Below are positions 31,138-40,971 of a DNA stretch of 64,000 bases, piece by piece (the first letter of the stretch is position 1; every line of letters starts with the position of its first letter). The stretch comes from Sedimentisphaerales bacterium (GTDB lineage Bacteria > Planctomycetota > Phycisphaerae > Sedimentisphaerales > Anaerobacaceae). Below the pieces are notes generated by a model. It was not told where the DNA came from, made no database searches, and saw only the letters and a program-made list of their open reading frames with translations. The position numbers were made by a program, and so were the translations under genes. The stretch spans positions 4,672,001-4,736,000 of the forward strand of contig OY970194.1 in NCBI GenBank assembly GCA_963708075.1, in the 5' to 3' direction.

Positions 31138-31256
31138 TCAAACGCTCCAAGAATTTACCATTTACGATTTACCATTTACGATTTACCTTTCCTGCTGCAC
31201 CGGTCGCCGCCGGCGCACGGTCAAATCGTAAGCAGACTCATTCACATCCATCTATT

Positions 31257-32417
31257 TCATCGACGGACGAATAGCTTATCCTTAACTTCTCTTCTCGCCC
31301 ACGCGTCGGCCTCGAGCAACTCATCCAGGCACGTTGTATGCTGAATCTCATGTTTACTCAGACAATGCTCGACCAGTTCCATGATCTGCAGGAACTTGAT
31401 CTCGCCGGCCCGAAACCGCTCGACGGCCGCTTCATTGGCGGCATTGAACACGACCGCCGCCGTGCCGCCGACCCTGCCGACCTCATAGGCCAGCGGCAGC
31501 GCCCGAAACGTCTCGGGGCTGGGCCGCTCAAAATGCAGCTCGCCGATCTCCTCCAGCCGCAGACGCTTGGCAATGCCGGGGACGCGATCCGGGTACGTCA
31601 GGGCGTACTGGATCGGCAGACACATGTCCGGCTCGCCGAGCTGGGCGACTACAGAGCCGTCCACAAACTCCACCAGCGAATGGATGATCGACTCAGGATG
31701 GATCAGGACCTCGATCCTGTCGACCGGCACATTGAACAGCCACCGGGCCTCGATCACCTCCAGCGCCTTGTTCATCATGGTCGCCGAGTCAATCGTGATC
31801 TTCGGGCCCATATTCCATACGGGATGATCCAATGCCTGTTCGAGCGTTACCTCCTGCAACTCGTCCAGCGTCGCCCCGCGAAACGGCCCGCCCGAGCCGG
31901 TCAGCAGGATTCGCTGCACTTCCTGGGCCGTGCCTGATCGCATCGCCTGAAAGACGGCCGAGTGCTCGCTGTCCACCGGAAGCAGCGTGCTGCCGTGTTC
32001 CCTGGCCACCTGCGTGAGCAGTTCGCCGGCCATGACGAGCGGCTCCTTATTAGCAATGGCCAGTCGCTTGCCGGCTCGCGCCGCCGCCAAAGCTGAAGGC
32101 AGCCCGGCTGCCCCTACCACTGCCGTAAGCACTGTATCGACCTCGTTCGACTGTGCGAGATCGCTGAGACTGCCGGCGCCCGTCAGGATCTCGACATCCA
32201 GGTCGCCAACCAGTGCCCGGAACCGCGATGCACAGTCTGCGTTGGTTACGGCCACGAGCCGGGGCTTATACTGCCGGGTCTGTTTGGCCAGAAGCTCCAC
32301 GTTGCGGTGGGCGCTCAGGCCGACCACCTGGTACTCCGGGCCCAAGGCTTCGATCACGCGCAAGGCATTGCGCCCGATGGAGCCGGTCGATCCCAGTATG
32401 GCAATTCCTCGTGGCAT
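31257..32417 (-). CDS. dxr: 1-deoxy-D-xylulose 5-phosphate reductoisomerase
   Basis: ILGSTGSIG, ANKE, PVDSEHSA, WNMGPKITIDSATMMNK. Confidence 0.96.
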   Translation of the reverse strand: MPRGIAILGSTGSIGRNALRVIEALGPEYQVVGLSAHRNVELLAKQTRQYKPRLVAVTNADCASRFRALVGDLDVEILTGAGSLSDLAQSNEVDTVLTAVVGAAGLPSALAAARAGKRLAIANKEPLVMAGELLTQVAREHGSTLLPVDSEHSAVFQAMRSGTAQEVQRILLTGSGGPFRGATLDELQEVTLEQALDHPVWNMGPKITIDSATMMNKALEVIEARWLFNVPVDRIEVLIHPESIIHSLVEFVDGSVVAQLGEPDMCLPIQYALTYPDRVPGIAKRLRLEEIGELHFERPSPETFRALPLAYEVGRVGGTAAVVFNAANEAAVERFRAGEIKFLQIMELVEHCLSKHEIQHTTCLDELLEADAWARREVKDKLFVRR

Positions 32418-33183
32418 ATCCCAACCATCAAAGTCAGCACTCTCGCTTTCAAGACAACGCGAGATCCCGCCCCAACCTGCCGTCGGGCTCGGGAGAAGAC
32501 ACACGAACACCCTTCACCGGCCCCCGCGGACGACGGGGATGATAGTATGATGAAAGCAGTCGGACTGTCAAGGTGCAATACCTCCCCTGCAGCCGATCTC
32601 CCTCATGGACGTGCGGTCCATAGAATGAAAAAGGCCATAAGTGGGAAGCTTATGGCCTGTCGCTTGTAACCGAAATATTGTGTGTCGTGTTTTGTCAAAT
32701 TGTCGTATTGTCTTCATTTTTCTCAGGGCCCCAGAGGCGGCGGACGGATCAGGGCCGAGGAGTACCATTGCTCCATGAGGTTATCCTGCTCACCAATGAT
32801 ATTTTGAAAGTCGCGTTGTTTGATGTCTTGGGTTTGTTCTGCGGATTGGGGACACACGCATAGTCCCAGGAACAGCCACAGAATTTCAGCGACGAACTTC
32901 CATGTTTTCATGGTACGGATCCCCAAATGGTCCATGGATGGTATCGGCGCGAGTGGGACGAATTTCTTAGCCTATTTTGGTGTCTTTGGAAGCATCGCAT
33001 GGGCCGGGGATCGAGCGGTTTCCCCGGCCGTCCGATAGTAGTATTGAGAACAGATATTCTCTGGTCTTTGTCTTTCGGCCCGCCTGCTGGAGATGGGGAA
33101 ATCTGCATTATCAGGGCTGAAATGTGCGATGAGTGACGCGCGAAGATTTTTCGCTGGGGATAGTGCAGTGCTGAAAAAGCGAT

Positions 33184-34089
33184 CTATCGGTTGCGCTGGA
33201 GCAGGGCGGCGGCCAATGTGTGCAGCACGCCGGCCCGTGGGCCGAACGGGGCGAGAGCCTCAATGGCTTGCCGGGCCAGCGCACGCTCCAACTCTCTCGA
33301 TTTCTCGATCCCGATCACGGCCGGATACGTGCACTTGGCGGCCTCAACGTCCTTACCCGCCGTCTTACCCAACTGCTCGCTGGAGGCACTGACATCGAGG
33401 ATGTCGTCGGCGATCTGGAAGCCAAGGCCGATTTTCAGCCCGTAGCAGGCCAAAGCGTCCAATTGCGCCGCATTTGCCCGGCCGCACAGGCCACCCATCA
33501 CGGCGGCGCAGCGGAACATCTTGGCGGTCTTGTTGGTGTGAATGTATTCGAGGGTTTCAGTATCGCCGGCGGTGTTTTCCGCCTTGATGTCGGCGATCTG
33601 GCCGGCGATCATGCCCGCAGCTCCGGCTGCCTCGGCCAGTTGGGCAACAAGCTCGATGGCCAGCCGGGCGTCCTGAATCCTGCGGGCGAGGACCTCGAAC
33701 GCCAGCGTCAGGAGAGCGTCGCCGGTGAGAATCGCGGTCGCCTCATCGAACGCCTTGTGGCAGGTCGGCCGGCCCCGACGAAGATCGTCGTTGTCCATCG
33801 CGGGCAGATCGTCGTGGACGAGCGAATAGGTGTGGACCATCTCGATAGCGGCGGCGGCTACACGGGCATCGGCGTTGTCCTTCCCGGCCACCAGCTCACA
33901 GCACCACAGCAGAAGGGCCGACCGAATCCGCTTGCCCGGAGAGGAAAGCGTGTATTCCAGGGCCTTCTTCAGGTCCTCGGGGATGTCCTTCTGCTCGGAC
34001 AGAAGCTGGCCGACGGTGCTGTTGACGATCTGGACCTTCTCGTACAGCAGGGTGTTGAAGTCAGAGTCGGCCGCCCGTATCGAACACAT
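33184..34089 (-). CDS. ispA: Farnesyl/geranylgeranyl diphosphate synthase
   Basis: GKRIR, HDDLPAMDNDDLRRG, FQIADDILD, GKTAGKD. Confidence 0.9.
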   Translation of the reverse strand: MCSIRAADSDFNTLLYEKVQIVNSTVGQLLSEQKDIPEDLKKALEYTLSSPGKRIRSALLLWCCELVAGKDNADARVAAAAIEMVHTYSLVHDDLPAMDNDDLRRGRPTCHKAFDEATAILTGDALLTLAFEVLARRIQDARLAIELVAQLAEAAGAAGMIAGQIADIKAENTAGDTETLEYIHTNKTAKMFRCAAVMGGLCGRANAAQLDALACYGLKIGLGFQIADDILDVSASSEQLGKTAGKDVEAAKCTYPAVIGIEKSRELERALARQAIEALAPFGPRAGVLHTLAAALLQRNR

Positions 34090-34263
34090 ATTTACTATTT
34101 ACGAATTACCATTTACTATTGAGAGGAGGCTCATTTCGCCCGGTTGAGGCTTGCATAGTCGCTGGTCATCGGGAGCAGCGACGGGCAATTCACGACCAAC
34201 GGCTCGCGAAGGAGTCATTCGCCGGACGAAGCCAAATGGTAAATGGTAAATAGCAAATCGTCA

Positions 34264-35175
34264 ATGATATTGATTTTGGGCGTGACGGCCTCGGGCAAGG
34301 GCCGGGCGGCGTTCGAGCTGGCTCGGCAACTCGATGGCGAGATCGTCAGCGTGGACTCGATGAAGGTCTATCGCCGAATGGACATCGGCACGGCCAAGCC
34401 ATCCAGAGAGGCCCGGCAGCAGGTCCGATATCACATGATCGACATCGTCGAGCCCAGCGAATCGTTCAGCGTGGGCCTGTTTCTTGACCGGGCAAACGCC
34501 GCGATCGAGGATATCCGCAGCCGGGGCAAAGCGGTCATTGCGGTCGGCGGCACGGCCCTGTACATCAAGACCCTGCTCTACGGCCTATTCGAGGGGCCCG
34601 GCGGCGATGACCAGGTCCGGGCCGAACTGCGGGCCAGAGCAGCGGCCGAGGGACTGGCCTCACTCCATCGCGAGCTTGCCCGAATCGATCCGGAAGCGGC
34701 GGACCGGATCAACGTAAACGATGCCAAGCGGATCATTCGGGCCTTGGAGGTCTACCAACTCACCGGAAAGCCCATTTCGAGCTTCCAGAAGCAGTTCGAG
34801 GCGGAGCGGCCGATCTGCGACTGGACTATTATCGGACTGCGTCGCGAGCGGGCCGTCGAGAGCCGCCGAATCAATGCCCGGGTCAAAAAGATGATCGAGC
34901 AGGGCCTGCTGGACGAGGTCAAATCCCTGCTCGCCGAGGATAACCCCTTGAGTCAGCAGGCACGCTGCGCCATCGGCTATGCCGAGATTATCGGACACAT
35001 CGAGGGTCGGATGAGCCTGGACGAAGCCGTCGAGTTGATCAAGAAGAACACCCGCCGCCTGGCCAAGGGCCAGCGCACCTGGTTCAAGACCTTCCGCCCC
35101 ATGCACTGGGTCGACATCGGCGAGGAAGAGCCCCCCGAGAGCGTGATGGATCGCGTCCGGCAGATAGTCTTATGA
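34264..35175 (+). CDS. miaA: tRNA dimethylallyltransferase
   Basis: GVTASGK, DSMKVYRRMDIGTAKP, VGGTALY, RIIRALEV, AIGYAE. Confidence 0.95.
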   Translation: MILILGVTASGKGRAAFELARQLDGEIVSVDSMKVYRRMDIGTAKPSREARQQVRYHMIDIVEPSESFSVGLFLDRANAAIEDIRSRGKAVIAVGGTALYIKTLLYGLFEGPGGDDQVRAELRARAAAEGLASLHRELARIDPEAADRINVNDAKRIIRALEVYQLTGKPISSFQKQFEAERPICDWTIIGLRRERAVESRRINARVKKMIEQGLLDEVKSLLAEDNPLSQQARCAIGYAEIIGHIEGRMSLDEAVELIKKNTRRLAKGQRTWFKTFRPMHWVDIGEEEPPESVMDRVRQIVL

Positions 35176-35310
35176 TGCCTCCGTCACAAGTAGCTGTCGA
35201 GTCGTCGCGCCGCTGTGCGGCTGGTGTCGGGAAGAAACGAGATGGTCTGGGTGCCATGCTTACTCTCGCGTAAGCATGCTTTGTCCATCGAGTCGAACAT
35301 GTCTACGCAA

Positions 35311-35466
35311 GTACGTGTTTAGCGCGAAGCCCGCCGTTCACCGGGTGGCACCGCCAAACTCGTTTGACGGTGCTCATTCGACCGAGTCTGGTCAATCGAG
35401 AACCCCACGGGCAAACAAGTTTGCCCGTGCCACCCAGGACTGGGCGCGTCCAGGCTAAACACGTAC
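35311..35466. mobile_element. 156-bp MITE carrying an internal REPIN-like element
   Basis: Perfect 13-bp TIR GTACGTGTTTAGC / GCTAAACACGTAC; 8-bp TSD CTACGCAA at 35303-35310 and 35467-35474. Confidence 0.85.
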
Positions 35467-35490
35467 CTACGCAAGCGTAGACATGGCACC

Positions 35491-36975
35491 CAACGCCGTG
35501 AACTCTTCAGGGATTATAGAAGACGCAAGTGAAGGAAACGCAAGAGAATAGAGCCTCCTTGCCGATGTTGTATTTGTCCGGACAACAAAGCAAGGAGGTG
35601 TCCAATGAACACTCGAAAGATCGAGAGCAGAGGCTCTACGCATTTTCATCGGCAGCCGTTGCGTTCGGCCATGAGTCAGATTTTCATGGCCCCCTTTTTT
35701 CGGCTCTGGCGGCTCTGGGGTCCACGAGCGGTTGTCGTGTGGGCCGATGGACGCTGGAGTATGTGATCTACCTGTCTGTGCTGATGGCGTTGGAGCCGTC
35801 GCGGACACTGAAGGATCGGTTCACTCACGCCCGCCAGGGGCTGATCGAGATGTATCGAGGCCGCAAACGTCCCGGCGGGACCTACCAGGGATACATCAAG
35901 GCCCGCCGCAGGATCAATGGCAAACAACGCCAAGCCATCAAACACCACCTTCGGCGTCACCATCGTCGCATCGCCGGTGCGTTCTGGCGGCGGGACGGCT
36001 GGTTGGCCTTTTCGGCCGATGGCACACGGATCGAAGTCCCCCGGACCGCCAGGAACCAAAAGAGCTTCGGTTGTGCAGGTCGCAAGAAGACGGGGCCGCA
36101 GTTGTCGTTGACCAGTCTGTACCACCTGGGCACAGGACTGCCGTGGGCGTGGCGGATCGGAGCGGGGATTCAGTCGGAGCAGACGCACCTGCACTCGATG
36201 GCGGGATTGCTGCCGAGCAGGTCTTTGCTGGTGGCGGACGCCGGCTTTACGGGTTTTGATCTTCTGCGATCGCTGGTAGATCGTGGAGTGCAGGTTCTGG
36301 TGCGGATGGGTTCGAACCGTACGCTGCTGACGGGTCTGACGGATGTGCACGTCAAGATCAAGGGCGAGTTGGTGTGGCTGTGGCCGACGCGAAAACAATC
36401 GAAGTGTCCGCCGTTGCAACTGCGGCTGATCCGGATCGAGCAGGCGCATCATTCACCGGTGTACCTGGTGACCAGCGTGATGGAGGAGCAGGCCCTGACG
36501 GATCGGCAGATCGGTCAGTTCTATCGGATGCGGTGGGGCCACGAGGTCTTCTATCGCTCGTTCAAACGGACGCTGGAGCAGCACAAGATGCGAAGCGGCT
36601 GTCCGCAGGAGGCCCGGCGGGAACTGGACTGGGCGATGCTGGCGTATCTGGTAGTCGGTCTGTGGAGCGTGGAGGCATTGATCGGGGCCAAGCGGGATCC
36701 GCTATGCTGGAGCGTATGCGAATCGCTGCGGGTGGTCCGGCGCATCATGCATCCTCTCGGGCGGTCTGCTCGAAGAGCCGGTCTTCGGGCTCAACTGCAA
36801 AAGGCAGTCAAAGACGCCTACGTCCGAAGCGGACCGAAACAGGCTCGGCATTGGCCGCACAAGAAGAACGATCCTCCCGCGGGCCTACCGAGAATCCGCC
36901 CCGCCAATGAGAAGGAAAAACGCTGTGCCAAAAGGATTTACGAAAAGACCAAGGCCGCTTAAGTTCACGGCGTTG
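35491..36975 (+). mobile_element. IS4-family insertion sequence (1485 bp)
   Basis: 14-bp TIR CAACGCCGTGAACT; 9-bp TSD CATGGCACC at 35482-35490 and 36976-36984. Confidence 0.92.
35529..36962 (+). CDS. IS4-family DDE transposase (start uncertain)
   Basis: SADGT, LVADAGF and YRMRWGHEVFYRSFK (YREK signature). Confidence 0.9.
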   Translation: MKETQENRASLPMLYLSGQQSKEVSNEHSKDREQRLYAFSSAAVAFGHESDFHGPLFSALAALGSTSGCRVGRWTLEYVIYLSVLMALEPSRTLKDRFTHARQGLIEMYRGRKRPGGTYQGYIKARRRINGKQRQAIKHHLRRHHRRIAGAFWRRDGWLAFSADGTRIEVPRTARNQKSFGCAGRKKTGPQLSLTSLYHLGTGLPWAWRIGAGIQSEQTHLHSMAGLLPSRSLLVADAGFTGFDLLRSLVDRGVQVLVRMGSNRTLLTGLTDVHVKIKGELVWLWPTRKQSKCPPLQLRLIRIEQAHHSPVYLVTSVMEEQALTDRQIGQFYRMRWGHEVFYRSFKRTLEQHKMRSGCPQEARRELDWAMLAYLVVGLWSVEALIGAKRDPLCWSVCESLRVVRRIMHPLGRSARRAGLRAQLQKAVKDAYVRSGPKQARHWPHKKNDPPAGLPRIRPANEKEKRCAKRIYEKTKAA

Positions 36976-37080
36976 CATGGCACCCGGCCCGTTAATTTCT
37001 TAGGAGGCTTGATGCCAGGGTCTCGTAGGATGGGCTTTAGCCCATGCTGCTCTTTCGGAGACCGACACGTACGCCGTGGC

Positions 37081-37663
37081 TCAGGCGGTTTGCAGTTCCT
37101 GCTGGGCGTGGAGCACTGCGGCGGTTCTCGCCCAGGACGAGTTGCTTGATCAGGCTGCGCGGGACCGAGGTCATCCCCAGGCGGAAGACTCGCTCCTCAA
37201 CCATTGAGGCGATAACCCGGGCGATCTGGCGGGGCAGATGAGAGCGGGTCATCAGGTCGTACACGATTCGCGTCTTGTCCCAGGGGATCCCTGCGGGCGT
37301 ATGTCGTGCTTGGGACAGTTGCCCAAGATCGGCGAAGTCCTGCACGTTGACGTCAATGACCTCCGTGCGGCTGCGCCGCAGCCGCCGCTCCAGAGCATGT
37401 TCCGTTATCGCAGCGGCGGCCTCCTGGCTGCCGGTGGCAACCAACACTGCCTTGATCATGGCAAAAACCTCGCTGGAGCTGACGATGCGCCGGGCCGCCT
37501 CCTGGTAGAGATGGAACGTCACCACCTCCGCAAGATGCTCGGCGAGCGTCATATCCGGCTGCCCCGCGGCGGCCAGCGCGTTGTTGATCGCCCCCAGCAC
37601 CTTCGTGTGCAGATAAGCTTCGGTGCTGCCGTCCGCCTTGACGACTCGAAGCTGCTTAGCCAT
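37081..37663 (-). CDS. ATP-cone domain protein (apparent frameshift near 37125)
   Basis: LRVVKADGSTEAY...KVLGAI N-terminus and a second cone-like segment WDKTRIV; corrected tail ETAAVLHAQQELQTA*. Confidence 0.65.
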
Positions 37664-37691
37664 CGATCCCCCTTTGCTTCCCTGCTAACGT

Positions 37692-38183
37692 TTACCCGTC
37701 GAAGAGCTTGAGCTGGTCGGCCGGCTCGCTCTCCTGGATCGCCCGCGTCACTTCGTCGATGAGCTCGCCGGCGTCCTTGAACTCGCGGTACACGCTGGCG
37801 AAGCGGATATACGCCACCTTGTCCACCTCGCGCAGGTGCCTCATCACACATTCGCCGATGAACGCCGAGGTCACCTCCCGATCGAACTGCCGGAAGACAT
37901 CCTCCTCGGTCTTGTCGGCGATCTGCTGAATCTGCTCGGCAGACACCGGCCTCTTGTAGCAGGCCTTCTGCACGCCGACGATGATCTTGTCCCGGTCATA
38001 CGGCACGCGGGACTTGTCCTTCTTCACCACGTGCAGCTTGATACTGTCGCCCGTCTTCTCATAGGTCGTGAACCGCCTCTCGCAGACCAGGCACTGGCGC
38101 CGCCGCCGGATCACTCGGCCGGCATCGCTTGAGCGTGAGTCGATCACCTTATCATTATCTTCCTTGCAGAAAGGGCATCTCAC
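37692..38183 (-). CDS. nrdR: Transcriptional repressor NrdR
   Basis: MRCPFC, VIDSR, IRRRRQC..C.RRFTTYE, AYIRFASVY. Confidence 0.96.
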   Translation of the reverse strand: MRCPFCKEDNDKVIDSRSSDAGRVIRRRRQCLVCERRFTTYEKTGDSIKLHVVKKDKSRVPYDRDKIIVGVQKACYKRPVSAEQIQQIADKTEEDVFRQFDREVTSAFIGECVMRHLREVDKVAYIRFASVYREFKDAGELIDEVTRAIQESEPADQLKLFDG

Positions 38184-38260
38184 GACCCGGACCCGCCTCC
38201 CTCAACAGACAATCCCCATAGATTCAACAAACCGCCACCCCTTTCTTCCCCGGCATGGCA

Positions 38261-38312
38261 ACTCAATATATAGTTATGCGGCCGATTGTAAAATCAACAG
38301 GTGGTATGTCAA
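38261..38312 (-). promoter_or_regulatory. nrdR promoter with tandem NrdR-box-like sites
   Basis: TTGACA-N16-TACAAT on the minus strand; ACTCAATATATAGTTA at 38261 and a weaker box 31 bp away. Confidence 0.6.
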
Positions 38313-38607
38313 GCGAAATATGTGACGACTTGGAGCATATCATGGTTCATCCAGTCCTCGCGCACCTCCCATCAAGCGGCAGTTGCGGCCACCGGTATGA
38401 TTCGGTACGTTCCTCCGGCCGCGCGAACGCGCCCGGCGAGAGGCGCAGCCCTATCCATGCTGGAGGCCACAATGCGATAGACTCTCCAAACGCGACACTT
38501 CGCGCTTGGATCCTGGTCTGCTTGGCAAGAGGCTGGACCTGGGGGCGGGCCCGGTTTACTATGGTTGTGCAGTGAATCCTGTGAACGTGCTGAAAGGAGC
38601 CTCGCGG

Positions 38608-40599
38608 ATGATGCGTAACGGGCGAATCCTTCTTATATGCTGGGCGGCGTTGGTTTCATCAGGCTCGACACTCGGGGCGGATCTGTTCCCGACGGAGGCC
38701 CGCCGGCAGGCGTTTCTCAAAGCACTGGCTGAGTGCGACGGTCGATACGACGCCAGGGAGCAAATGCTTCAGGCCCCCTTCTCCTCGCCGGGGTATCATA
38801 CGACGCTCACCGGCGGCACCGTTCATCCGACGCGTGACTCGTTCAAGTATGCCGTCGCCCTGCTCGACAGCGGCCAGCCCGAGCGAGAGAAGCGTGCCGA
38901 GGCGGTCCTTCACCGGCTCATCGCCCTGCAGGACCAGGACCCCAACAGCCGGACCTACGGCATCTGGTCGTGGTTCGTCGAGGAGCCGCTCGACAAAATG
39001 TCGCCGCCGGACTGGAACTGGGCCGACTTCTGCGGCACACAACTCCTGCAGGTGGCCATCGACCACAGGAGCCGCCTGCCGCTCGAACTGCAGCAGAAGG
39101 TCAGAGACTCGATCCTGCACGCCGCCCGCTCCGTTCAGCGGCGCGATGTCCAGCCGGGCTACACGAACATCGCGCTGATGGGGACATACGTCACGCTTGT
39201 CGCGGGCGAGCAGTTCAACAACTCCGAGCTGCTCAACTACGGCCGCAAGCGCCTCCGCCGCTTCTGGGAGTACACGGTGCAGAAAGGCTCGTTCAGCGAG
39301 TACAACAGCCCCACCTACACCTGCGTCGCCATCGAGGAAATCTCACGCATGATGCAGCACGTCCGCGACGAGGACTCGCAGAAGCTCCTCGAAAAGCTCA
39401 ACGAGTTTGCCTGGCAGCACCTGGCCCGCCGGTTCCACGCGCCGACGAGGCAATGGGCAGGCCCGCACAGCCGCTGCTACTCCACCCTGCTTGGCCCCGG
39501 CACGCTCGGCCTTATCCAGCGGGCCAGCGACGGCCGGGTCGAGCTCGTATCGGAGGCCGACGCCTGGCAGAGCATTGACGCCCAGCGGATCACCCTCAAG
39601 TGCCCCAAGTCATGCGACCTGTACTTCACCGAACTGCCCACGCCTCGTATGGAGGTCGAAGCCTTCGTCCGTAACGAGCGCGACGAGCACGACATCGTCG
39701 GCAGGACGTACCTGCACCCTGATTTCACTTTGGCGAGCGTCAACATCGGCGATTTCTGGAACCAGCGCCGGCCGCTGATCGCGTACTGGAACACGCCCGC
39801 CGGCGTGACCGCCATGCGCCTCCGCGTCCTGCACGACAACTACGATTACTCCTCCGCCAGTCTCTTCACCGTCCAGGATGGCGCCGATATCCTCGCCGCC
39901 GTGGTATTCGCCACCGATCGGGGCGACACCCACATCTCCCTCGACAAGATCAAAGATGCGACGATCGAAGCCAAAGACCTGCGCCTCCGCCTGCAATTCG
40001 AGGGAGCCTTCGATGACCTCGCCCTGCCCGCCATCGACAAGACGGAGATCACAAAGCCCGTGAATTTCACCGCCGGCCCGCTTGTCGGCACGTACTGCAT
40101 TCACAGCGCTGCATTCCACGATCTGCCCCTCACGATCGAGTCCGGCCGGGACGCCGAGACCGCCTGGATCGACTTGGTTCTCTATGACGGCCCGCAACGC
40201 GAATTCAACTTCGCCAAAATCGAGAAGGCCGCCATCGTCCTGACGCTGTCCCTGTCCTGCGTGGCCTCGGACAATCCCCTGCCGCTGACGAATCAATCCT
40301 CCACCGTGAACAGAAAGACCGCTTCCGAGACGACAAATCGTAAATCAGAAATCGTAAATCGTAAATCGCGTTCCCTCGCCACCACGTTCCGCACGGTCGC
40401 GCCCGCCGTCCACATCAGCACCGCCGGCAAGCTCCTCGCTGCCCCCATACCCTCCCCGCGCGAAACCGCTTCGTGGCAGCGAACGAACAAACCCCCGATG
40501 TCCCTGACCATCCCCACGAAGCCCCTGCCCACCAAAGACCAGAAGTCCGCCGCCAACGCCAAGCTCAACGAAATCAACCCCTGGAAGACCGGCTATTAA
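38608..40599 (+). CDS. Secreted hypothetical protein, possibly polysaccharide lyase/heparinase-like
   Basis: Signal peptide; DWNWADF, YTNIALM and FSEYNSPTY motifs; fold assignment is tentative. Confidence 0.6.
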   Translation: MMRNGRILLICWAALVSSGSTLGADLFPTEARRQAFLKALAECDGRYDAREQMLQAPFSSPGYHTTLTGGTVHPTRDSFKYAVALLDSGQPEREKRAEAVLHRLIALQDQDPNSRTYGIWSWFVEEPLDKMSPPDWNWADFCGTQLLQVAIDHRSRLPLELQQKVRDSILHAARSVQRRDVQPGYTNIALMGTYVTLVAGEQFNNSELLNYGRKRLRRFWEYTVQKGSFSEYNSPTYTCVAIEEISRMMQHVRDEDSQKLLEKLNEFAWQHLARRFHAPTRQWAGPHSRCYSTLLGPGTLGLIQRASDGRVELVSEADAWQSIDAQRITLKCPKSCDLYFTELPTPRMEVEAFVRNERDEHDIVGRTYLHPDFTLASVNIGDFWNQRRPLIAYWNTPAGVTAMRLRVLHDNYDYSSASLFTVQDGADILAAVVFATDRGDTHISLDKIKDATIEAKDLRLRLQFEGAFDDLALPAIDKTEITKPVNFTAGPLVGTYCIHSAAFHDLPLTIESGRDAETAWIDLVLYDGPQREFNFAKIEKAAIVLTLSLSCVASDNPLPLTNQSSTVNRKTASETTNRKSEIVNRKSRSLATTFRTVAPAVHISTAGKLLAAPIPSPRETASWQRTNKPPMSLTIPTKPLPTKDQKSAANAKLNEINPWKTGY

Positions 40600-40700
40600 G
40601 CTGGATGCGCTCGTGGCGAAAGGTCCCGGCACAGAATCCAGCGGAGATTTCCGGGAAAAGTCTTGCATTCGGGCGGACGATAGGTATACTTGTGTTGATT

Positions 40701-40775
40701 ATGAACGGTATGAGCACAGTTCGAATTCACCTCAACGGCCTCATCGGCTGGCTCGCCCTGCTGCTGCGCCGCTGA
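40701..40775 (+). CDS. Putative Leu-rich leader peptide of the leu operon
   Basis: MNGMSTVRIHLNGLIGWLALLLRR*; directly after TTGCAT-N16-TATACT (40663-40690) and upstream of leuA. Confidence 0.6.
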   Translation: MNGMSTVRIHLNGLIGWLALLLRR

Positions 40776-40971
40776 GGCGCAAACAACGAAAACACCCACA
40801 ACTAGTTTCCACACCTGTACTTACGCAAAATCGTAGCGTTTTGGGCGTACTTTCGGCATAATGGCCGGCTACGATCGGAGTTCCCGGTGGGCAGTTGTCA
40901 GTTGACAGTTGTCGGTTGTCAGTCAACTGGGAACTGAGAACTGTCCACTGACAACTTTCTGGAGAATGAAA

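Noticed and set aside
32723..32911. Small ORF MKTWKFVAEILWLFLGLC... between ispA and dxr
   Set aside because: It has a hydrophobic N-terminus but no clear RBS or recognisable family, so it cannot be supported without homologs.
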